From positions 11,346,001 to 11,410,000 of the forward strand of contig OZ024766.1 of the NCBI GenBank assembly GCA_964016885.1: a DNA stretch of 64,000 bases, given 5' to 3'. This stretch comes from Eledone cirrhosa. Lineage: Eukaryota. This document shows, piece by piece, positions 10,897 to 20,086 of the stretch; the stretch's first letter is position 1, and each line of letters starts with the position of its first letter. The notes below the pieces were generated by a model. The model had not been told where the DNA came from. It did no database searches and worked only from the letters and a program-made list of their open reading frames with translations. A program made the position numbers and the translations under genes.

Positions 10897-10947
10897 GTAT
10901 TGAGTACCTTACTTACTGTGGTTACCGCCGATTCAACCCGGAATAAC

Positions 10948-11036
<89 letters not shown>

Positions 11037-11038
<2 letters not shown>

Positions 11039-11913
11039 GGGTGTGGACGACATCTGTTTGCAATTTTCAACTGCTAATTTTATGCAAATTGTTTTTACTT
11101 CCGTTGTCACTCTTGTCTTCATAAAAACAGTGACTATATTTCCATTATTTATTTTCAGAATAATTGATTATGAATAATTTTGAACCTCCAAATTTGTGGA
11201 AGAGACACGGAGTTCTTCTTGGAATCCGTGCCGGGAGGACAAATAAGACCAGAAGATCAACTCCCAGAACAACAGGTGGCTCGCTGTCTCATCCAAAGAC
11301 GTGCCCAGAGTCATGCAAACAAAGTTTCCAGTGACAACATTGGTCTTAGGTGTCGTCAGCAGTCAAGGTGACGTCATGCCATCTCACTTCTTCCCTGAGA
11401 GCCTCAAGCTGAACACCGATGGCTACATCCGCGTTCTGAGCGAGGTAGTAAAGCCCTGGATCGACCAGGTAGCTGCAGGTAGGCCGTACGTGTGGCAGCA
11501 AGACTCAGCGCTCTGCCATACCAGCCGAAAGACCCAAGCCTGGCTGTCAGCCACACTTCATCTGACATCTGGCCTCCCAGCTCGCCTGATTACAACCCCC
11601 TCGACTTCTTTGTGTGGGGCGCAGTGGAACGAGACACCAACAGATCTAGCTGCAATACGAAAGATGATCTGAAGGTCAGGATCACAAGTGCCTTTAGGGG
11701 CCTAAGTCGGGGGGACAGTGACGAAGGCCTGTAGCTGGTTCCGAGGCCGCCTTGATGCCCTCATCAAAGCCAATGGCGGGTTTATCGAGTGAGATCGAAA
11801 GAACAAGTCATGAAGACAAACTGACCCAAGTTTGATAAATATATCTTAAAAAATAAAACTACTGTGTTACTTTTTCCTAGACAGTAATATTGCGAACAGA
11901 TATCGTCCGCACC

Positions 11914-11916
<3 letters not shown>
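11037..11916 (+). mobile_element. Internally deleted Tc1/mariner-superfamily transposon, maT/DD37D-like
   Basis: 28-bp TIRs (T)AGGGTGTGGACGACATCTGTTTGCAAT / ATTGCGAACAGATATCGTCCGCACCCTG (24/28 match), inserted in (TA)n. Frameshifted transposase with VWQQDSA.CH and WPPSSPDYNPLDFFVW motifs. Confidence 0.9.
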
Positions 11917-11960
<44 letters not shown>

Positions 11961-12097
11961 AGAAAGGGACACAGCAGTCAACTTGTTGTTGCTACCTAGA
12001 TGAAACCTACTATGAAATCCCACAATTAATTTTATACTTGAATTTTCAAATCTCAAATTTTAACTCTTCGTATTATTAATTTTTCTTAATATTAATC

Positions 12098-12145
12098 AAC
12101 ATTTGAAAAGATGGCTTTTGCAGACCCATCGAAACCGGTCATTTT
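12098..12145 (+). ncRNA. Hammerhead-like motif (family D; U3-A8 variant, weak helix I)
   Basis: TTGAAAA(12103-09)-GATGG...CCATC-GAA-ACCGGT-C; perfect 5-bp helix II, palindromic helix III and a GUC site at 12140. Confidence 0.45.
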
Positions 12146-12359
12146 TTATACCCTTTATTATTTCCTTACCTTATAAAATTATATGTTTTTTCACAAAAAA
12201 GTATTCTGTCTCTTATATATTCCATGTGCCATTACCAACCTCAATTTTCTCTATAACCTTCGTTTTGTGTAAAAAATTACACTTTTCATATATACATATA
12301 TATACATATATGTATATATACATATATACATATATACATATATATATATACAAACAAAA

Positions 12360-12607
12360 AAAAAAAAAAAGCACCCAGCCCACACTGTAAAGTGGACATG
12401 TAGGCGCCACGAAAAAGCACCCAGCACTCACTGTAAATGAGGTTGGTGTTAGGAAGGGCATCCAGCTGTAGAAATCAAGCCAGAATCAGTTCCTGTATGA
12501 GCAAGGCATGGTCAGCCGACCAGACACTGCCCACAACAGGACAACCCGTCTAACCCATGCTAGCGTGGAAGAACGGACGTAAAACGGTGGTGATGATGAT
12601 GATGATG
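12360..12607 (+). mobile_element. RTE-tailed SINE 3' portion
   Basis: GCACCCAGCACTCACTGTAAATGAGGTTGGTGTTAGGAAGGGCATCCAGCTGTAGAAA...CTAACCCATGCTAGCGTGGAAGAACGGACGTAAAACG followed by (GAT)n. Confidence 0.82.
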
Positions 12608-12643
12608 GTATATATAATGAGTGTATATTTGTTTGTGTTGCAG

Positions 12644-12820
12644 ATCATGGAGTGGATAAAGGGTAAAGAACGCAACATCCGTGCACTTCTGTGTTCGCTG
12701 CACACCGTATTGTGGGAGGAAGAAACCCGCTGGAGGGAATGTGGAATGCATGAACTCGTTACACCTGACCAGGTGAAAAAGGTATACAGGAAAGCTGTCC
12801 TATCCGTGCATCCAGACAAG
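12644..12820 (+). CDS. GAK: GAK/auxilin J-domain exon (177 nt)
   Basis: Acceptor TTTGTGTTGCAG, donor AAG|GTGAGA; phase 0/0; encodes [59 protein letters not shown], the auxilin-type J domain with its HPD motif. Confidence 0.97.
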
Positions 12821-12877
12821 GTGAGAGCAGTTTTTAAAGTGTTTATATTTCTCTAAAGACCTTCCATCATAGTTTTA

Positions 12878-15019
12878 TGTGGTCATGCAGGTGTCCCAAC
12901 AAAAGGCTCCCAGTCCACACTGTAAAGTGTTTGTGTAGATGTCATGACAAAAAGCACCCAGTCCACACTGTAAAGTGGTCATGTAGGTGTCGCGACAAAA
13001 AGCACCCAGTCCACACTGTAAAGTGGTCATGTAGGAGACATGACAAAAAGACACCCAGTCCACACTGTAAAGTGGTCATGTAGGTGTCACAGCAAAAAAC
13101 ACCCAGTCCACACTGTAAAGTGGTCATGTAGGTGTCACAGCAAAAAGCACCCAGTCCACACTGTAAAGTGGTCATTTAGATGTCATGACAAAAAGCACCC
13201 AGTCCACACTGTAAAGTGGTCATGTAGGTGTCACGACAAAAACCACCCAGTCCACACTGTAAAGTGGTCATGTAGGTGTCACAACAAAAAGCACCCAGTC
13301 GACACTGTAAAGTGGTCATGTAGGTGTCGCAACAAAAAGTACCCAGTCCACACTGTAAAGTGGTCATGTAGGTGTCAACAAAAAGACACCCAGTCCACAC
13401 TGTAAAGAGGTCATGTAGGTGTCATAACAAAAAGCACCCAGTCCACACTGTAAAGAGGTCATGTAGGTGTCATAACAAAAAGCACCCAGTCCACACTGTA
13501 AAGTGGTCATGTAGGTGTCACGACAAAAAGCACCCAGTCCACACTGTAAAGTGGTCATGTAGGTGTCACAACAAAAAGCACCCAGTCGACACTGTAAAGT
13601 GGTCATGTAGGTGTCACGACAAAAAGCACCCAGTCCACACTGTAAAGTGGTCATGTAGGTGTCACAACAAAAAGCACCCAGTCGACACTGTAAAGTGGTC
13701 ATGTAGGTGTCGCAACAAAAAGCACCCAGTCCACACTGTAAAGTGGTCATGTAGGTGTCGCAACAAAAAGCACCCAGTCCACACTGTAAAGTGGTCATGT
13801 AGGTGTCACAACAAAAAGACACCAAGTTCACACTGTAAAGTGGTCATGTAGGTGTCACAACAAAAAGACACCCAGTCCACACTGTAAAGTGGTCATGTAG
13901 GTGTCACAGCAAAAAGCACCCAGTCCACACTGTAAAGTGGTCATGTAGGTGTCACAACAAAAGACACCCAGTCCACACTGTAAAGTGGTCATGTAGGTGT
14001 CACAGTAAAAAGCACCCTGTCCACACTGTAAAGTGGTCATGTAGGTGTCACAGCAAAAAGCACCCTGTCCACGCTGTAAAGTGGTCATGTAGGTGTCACA
14101 GCAAAAAGCACCCAGTTGATACTGTAAAGTGGTCATGTAGGTGTCACAGCAAAAAGCACCCTGTCCACACTGTAAAGTGGTCATGTAGGTGTCACAGCAA
14201 AAAGCACCCTGTCCACACTGTAAAGTGGTCATGTAGGTGTCACAGCAAAAAGCACCCAGTCGATACTGTAAAGTGGTCATGTAGGTGTCACAGCAAAAAG
14301 CACCCAGTCGATACTGTAAAGTGGTCATGTAGGTGTCACAACAAAAGACACCCAGTCCACACTGTAAAGTGGTCATGTAGGTGTCACAGCAAAAAGCACC
14401 CTGTCCACACTGTAAAGAGGTCATGTAGGTGTCACAACAAAAGACACCCAGTCCACACTGTAAAGTGGTCATGTAGGTGTCACAGTAAAAAGCACCCTGT
14501 CCACACTGTAAAGTGGTCATGTAGGTGTCACAGCAAAAAGCACCCTGTCCACACTGTAAAGTGGTCATGTAGGTGTCACAGCAAAAAGCACCCAGTCGAT
14601 ACTGTAAAGTGGTCATGTAGGTGTCACAACAAAAGACACCCAGTCCACACTGTAAAGTGGTCATGTAGGTGTCACAGCAAAAAGCACCCTGTCCACACTG
14701 TAAAGTGGTCATGTAGGTGTCACAGCAAAAAGCACCCAGTCCACACTGTAAAGTGGTCATGTAGGTGTCACAGCAAAAAGCACCCAGTCCACACTGTAAA
14801 GTGGTCATGTAGGTGTCACAACAAAAAGCACCCAGTCCACACTGTAAAGTGGTCATGTAGGTGTCACAGCAAAAAGCACCCAGTCTACACTGTAAAGTGG
14901 TCATGTAGGTGTCACAGCAAAAAGTACCCAGTCCACACTGTAAAGTGGTCATGTAGGTGTCACAGCAAAAAGCACCCAGTCCACACTGTAAAGTGGTCAT
15001 GTAGGTGTCTTGACAAAAA
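12878..15019. repeat. 48-bp minisatellite, about 44 copies, inverted relative to 2549-5532
   Basis: Unit CCCAGTCCACACTGTAAAGTGGTCATGTAGGTGTCACAGCAAAAAGCA. Confidence 0.97.
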
Positions 15020-15088
15020 GTATGAATTTCAACCGGCGAGGTTGTCTTTTTTCTGTGTATGTCAATATTTATTTATAAAACAAATCTG

Positions 15089-15154
15089 TATTTTATCTGA
15101 TGAAAGCGCACCATAATTTACCTTGGTCGCCCTTGAAATATATATAATAAAATA
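15089..15154 (+). ncRNA. Type I hammerhead ribozyme motif (family B, second copy; element extends to about 15290)
   Basis: Helix I TATTTTAT/ATAAAATA (8 Watson-Crick pairs); CTGATGA at 15097-103; helix II AAG.GC.ACCA/TGGT.GC.CTT; GAAA at 15135-38; palindrome ATATATAT; predicted cleavage after 15146. Confidence 0.72.
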
Positions 15155-15442
15155 ATTATGGTTTTATAAATATAGTTTCCATTTATTAATATATTGTATA
15201 TTTACTCCACTAATCTGTTGAGTGCTTTATATCAGTTATAAAAAATGTTAAGCTTGTTGAATCCCAACAAATTAAATATAACCTCTGCATATATATATAT
15301 ATATATATATCCATATCCAAAATTAAGATAAATTAAATGAATTTAATCTAAATCAAAATTATGGGTGTCATGCCAGAAAGACATGTGCCATATCACCCGG
15401 AAAATAAGCTCCAAGATTCTAACGAGTAGGTCCGAGTATTTT

Positions 15443-15729
15443 ATAATAACTAGAAATTGATTAACATATATATAAACATGAATAATCACAGGAGATAATT
15501 TATACAAGTGTGTAACCACACATAGCTAGGTAGGTAACTAAATAAAGTTGACCAGAACTTCAAAAATAGATACCTTATAATATGATTAATCATATAAGGT
15601 ATCTATTTTTGAAGTTCTGGTCAACTTTATTTAGTTACCTACCTAGCTATGTGTAGTTACACACCTGTATAAATTATCTCCTGTGATTATTCATGTTTAT
15701 ATATATGTTAATCAATTTCTAGTTATTAT
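15443..15729. repeat. Near-perfect 287-bp palindrome
   Basis: Arms of about 142 bp centred on TATGATT|AATCATA, with two mismatches and a 3-nt bulge. Confidence 0.95.
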
Positions 15730-15893
15730 CGGCTGACCATGCCTTGCTCATACAGGAACTGATCTGTAGAAATCAAGCCAGATCAGTTCCTGTATGAGCA
15801 AGGCATGGTCAGCCGACCAGACACTGCACACAACCCGTCTAACCCATGCTAGCGTGGAAGAACGGACGTAAAACGGTGGTGATGATGATGATG
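15729..15893 (+). mobile_element. Truncated RTE-tailed SINE with a 38-bp fold-back inversion at its 5' end
   Basis: 15729-15766 is the reverse complement of 15779-15816; the remainder matches 12467-12607. Confidence 0.85.
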
Positions 15894-15903
15894 ATATATA
15901 TAT

Positions 15904-16242
15904 GGAGGCACATGGCTTAGTGGTTAGAGCATTGGCCTTGCAATCGAAAGGTTGTGAGTTCAATTGTCAGACGGGGTGATGTGTTGTTTCCTTGAGCAAG
16001 ACACTTTATTTCACATTGCTCCAGTTTACTCAGCTGTAGAAATGAGATGATAGGGACTGGGGTCCCTATCATTCCACTGCAACGTGGACGTGGAGGTGCC
16101 ACGGCAAAAAAGCACCCAGCACTCGCTGTAAATGAGGTTGGTGTTAGGAAGGGCATCCAGCTGTAGAAATCAAGCCAGAATCAATTCCCGTCCCACCCTT
16201 GCAAGCAGGGAAAAGCGGACGTAAAATGATGATGATGATGAT
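15904..16242 (+). mobile_element. Full-length tRNA-derived SINE (CORE-like body, bipartite RTE 3' part)
   Basis: A box TGGCTTAGTGG, B box GAGTTCAATT, CCTTGAGCAAGACACTT, RTE-like GGTTGGTGTTAGGAAGGGCATCCAG, and tail GTCCCACCCTTGCAAGCAGGGAAAAGCGGACGTAAAA(TGA)n. Confidence 0.88.
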
Positions 16243-16304
16243 ATATATATGTGTCTGTGTGGTGTTATCTAAATGTTATATTCGGTCTTCTTTTGTATTT
16301 GCAG

Positions 16305-16406
16305 CTGACAGGGACCCCACATGAAGCTTTAGCGAAGTTAATATTTATGGAACTAAATGATGCTTGGGCAGAGTTTGAAGAGAAAGGGATGCAATCGTTG
16401 TACTAG
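16305..16406 (+). CDS. GAK: GAK/auxilin terminal coding exon
   Basis: Acceptor TTTTGTATTTGCAG; encodes [33 protein letters not shown], with TAG at 16404-16406. This is the conserved auxilin C-terminus ([12 protein letters not shown]) and is absent from the ORF track. Confidence 0.96.
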   Translation: MTGTPHEALAKLIFMELNDAWAEFEEKGMQSLY

Positions 16407-16609
16407 ACTTAGAAGAAAGTTCCGGGTTTATTTTGAGATTAGGGGACACACAAAAAAAAACAAAAACAAATTTGATGAAAAAAAAACTTAACAAGAACAA
16501 CAAAATAACAAAACAGACGAGAGATGAGAGAAGAGAGAGGGGAACAAAATGATGACCAAGTATTTTAATGATGAACACTTTTAACGATGATTAATTAAAC
16601 CAGAATCAA

Positions 16610-16995
16610 ATGAGATTGAGATGAGATAGGGTTGGTGGGGTTGAGATGAAATGAAAGGAAGAGAGATGAGGTGGGTGGGAATGAGATGAGGTGAGATTGA
16701 AATGAGATGAGGTGAGATGAAATGAAATGAAATGAGATGAGATGAGGTGAGGTGAGATGAAATGAGATGAGATGAGATGAGATGAGGTGAGGTGAGATAA
16801 AATGAAATGAGATGAGATGAGATGAAATGAGATGAGGTGAGATAAAATGAAATGAGATGAGGTGAGATGAGGTGAGATGAAATGAGGTGAGGTGAGGTGA
16901 GGTGAGGTGAGGTGAGGTGAGATGAAGAGAAGAGAGATGAGATTAAAATGAGAAGAAACATGAGATGAGGATGAAATGAAATGAGATAAGGTGAG
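16610..16995. repeat. Pentamer (GAGAT/GAGGT/GAAAT)n tract in the probable 3' UTR
   Basis: Direct inspection of the sequence. Confidence 0.93.
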
Positions 16996-17373
16996 TTGAC
17001 TAATGAAATTGCTGAAAGTGAAGATAGACAGAAGAGAGGTGAGAGGACCTAGGGTGGTGGAGTTTGATCTATCGCTCTGTTGATTGGTCAGTGATCGATC
17101 AATCATTGATCGATTGATCGTTATTGATTTTTTTTTTTTATCTATTGATTAATGTGAGTGGTCAGACGGGAGGTTTTGAAAAGATATAAAAAGGTGGGGG
17201 TAAAAATTAACATTCCAAAAATGTGGGGGTTTGTGTGATGGTGCGGTGTGGGCTGGGGCGGTGTGGTGTGAACTGACTGTTAAAGATTGTGTGGGGGTCT
17301 TGTGAATGGACTGGGGATGGTTGGTTGTTGTGAGTGACCACTGGGTCTTTAGTACCAAAGTATTACATTTAAG

Positions 17374-17374
<1 letters not shown>

Positions 17375-17406
<32 letters not shown>

Positions 17407-17611
17407 ATGTACGTGTGTGTATATATATATATATATATATACATACATACATACATACATACATACATACATACATACATACATACATACATACATACAT
17501 ACATACATACATACATACATACATACATACATACATACATACATACATACATACATACATACATACACACATACATACACACATACATATACACACATAC
17601 ACACACACATA

Positions 17612-17696
<85 letters not shown>

Positions 17697-17770
17697 TTGG
17701 TTATGCATATATAGATATATATATATATATACGCACACACATGGACACATACATACTTAATCATATACAG

Positions 17771-17849
<79 letters not shown>

Positions 17850-17923
17850 GGATGTCCCCCCCAAAATATATACATACTTGTATTACTTTGCTGTTGAAGT
17901 GTGTATACATTTACAGGGACACC

Positions 17924-17973
<50 letters not shown>

Positions 17974-17988
17974 TGACACATGTATGTC

Positions 17989-18042
<54 letters not shown>

Positions 18043-18173
18043 CACACATGCATACATGTATGTCAGTGTGATGTATATATATATATACACACACTGACAT
18101 ACATGTATGCATGTGTGTGTGTGTGTATATATATATATATACACACACTGACACATGTATGTCAGTGTGTGTG

Positions 18174-18206
<33 letters not shown>

Positions 18207-18268
18207 ACATACATGTGTCAGTGTGTGTATATATATATATACACATACACACATGCATACATGTATGT

Positions 18269-18301
<33 letters not shown>

Positions 18302-18328
18302 CACACACACACTGACATACATGTATGC

Positions 18329-18424
<96 letters not shown>

Positions 18425-18849
18425 GTGTGTGTGTGTATATATGTATATGTGTGTATATATATATAGCCTGTTTGTGGTTTCAAGCTCTTAATTTCCTTCA
18501 TGTTTTCCATTATATAAAATACCAGTTGTGTTTGTGGGTTGAACAATTGGAGTTGTGTGTTTTGGTCCTGTGTTAGGCTACATCCCTATTGGACTTACAG
18601 GGACATTAGTGGAACCATTATTGCAGTAAATTCAGTTTGTGCATCTGTGTGTATACACTATGTATATAGTGTGTGTATATATACATATATATATATATAT
18701 GCATGTGTGTGTGTATGTAGATATGTTTATATATATATATATATGTGTGAGTGTGTATGTGTTTATATGTATGTATGTATATATATATATATATATATAT
18801 ATGCATACATATGGTTACCATTTACATACATATATACACACATACATCC

Positions 18850-18897
<48 letters not shown>

Positions 18898-19437
18898 TAC
18901 ATATATACATACATACATACATACATACCCCTAGACATAGACACATCTCTACATATACACACACCAACACTCCTACTCACACACACATCTACACACACAC
19001 ACATATATATAAATAAACATCTAAACACATAGACATGTGTGTATATATATATATATATTTACACTCTACACACACACACCATACAAACGCATCTACACAC
19101 ACACACACACACACACCCTACACACACCAACGCCCATAAACACAGACCACTACACACATATCTACACACAATACCGCAACACACCAACACCCCATACACA
19201 CACACCCTACACCCCATCTACACCCCCTACACACACACCCTACACACCCTATCCTACACACACACCCTACACCCCATCTACACACCCTACCCTACACACC
19301 CTACCCTACACACACACCCTACACCATCTACACCTCCTACACCAACATCTACACACCTGACACCATCTACACACCTGACACCAACATCTACACACCTGAC
19401 ACCAACATCTACACACCCGACACCCCATATACACACC

Positions 19438-19486
<49 letters not shown>

Positions 19487-19625
19487 ACACCCCATCTACA
19501 CACCCTACCCTACACACCCTACCCTACACACACACCCTACACCATCTACACCTCCTACACCAACATCTACACACCCGACACCCCATATACACACCCTACA
19601 CACACACCCTACACACACACAGACA
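17375..19625. repeat. Compound (TA)n/(CA)n/(TACA)n microsatellites and C/A-rich minisatellite
   Basis: Direct inspection of the sequence. Confidence 0.9.
17848..17926. mobile_element. Mini-MITE (Tc1/mariner type)
   Basis: CAGGATGTCCC...GGGACACCCTG termini in a TA-rich context; same family as 33608, 35311, 39116 and 56925. Confidence 0.7.
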
Positions 19626-19876
19626 CACACTATGTCTAGACTCTAATCATGTGAATTATCAAAAGCTGTATATATTGTTACAAGAAGACACCAAAATTAA
19701 AATGGACGCTACATAAAATAAAATTTTCATGAAAAAAATTAATTGGTGAGAAAGAAAGAGAAAATATATATAAAATGTGAAATTTTATTAGATTTTAAGA
19801 AAATCTGATATCGAAGCTAAATAAATTCATTGATTAATTTTAAAAAAAATTAAGAAAAACTGTGTAAAATTAATTA

Positions 19877-19935
19877 AATAAAAGAGTTAAATACTGTTGA
19901 GTTGTTTTATGGTTGTTAAATGGTTTGGGTTGGTA
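19877..19935 (+). terminator. Candidate GAK polyadenylation signal
   Basis: AATAAA at 19877-82 followed by a GT-rich tract. Another AATAAA lies at 19717. No transcript evidence. Confidence 0.25.
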
Positions 19936-20086
19936 TTTGGTGGGTGGCTGGGGTTGTTGAAAACACCCTGATTCAATATCTCAAATCAGAAGAGGAGTGT
20001 TTGATGACTGCAGTGATGGACAGGAGGGCCCGGTGAATGGAACGCAATAAATCCAACAGACCAGAGACCATATACAGGTGTGTATT

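Noticed and set aside
15904-15980. tRNA-like sequence (also near 26910-26984 and 49955-50028)
   Set aside because: It is a SINE head: the cloverleaf is imperfect and it continues into a SINE body and LINE-type tail in all three copies.
17149-19716. Numerous YI/CV/HT-repeat ORFs here and at 33000-43300, 55200-57300 and 62640-63880
   Set aside because: Artefacts of (TA)n/(CA)n repeats lacking stop codons.
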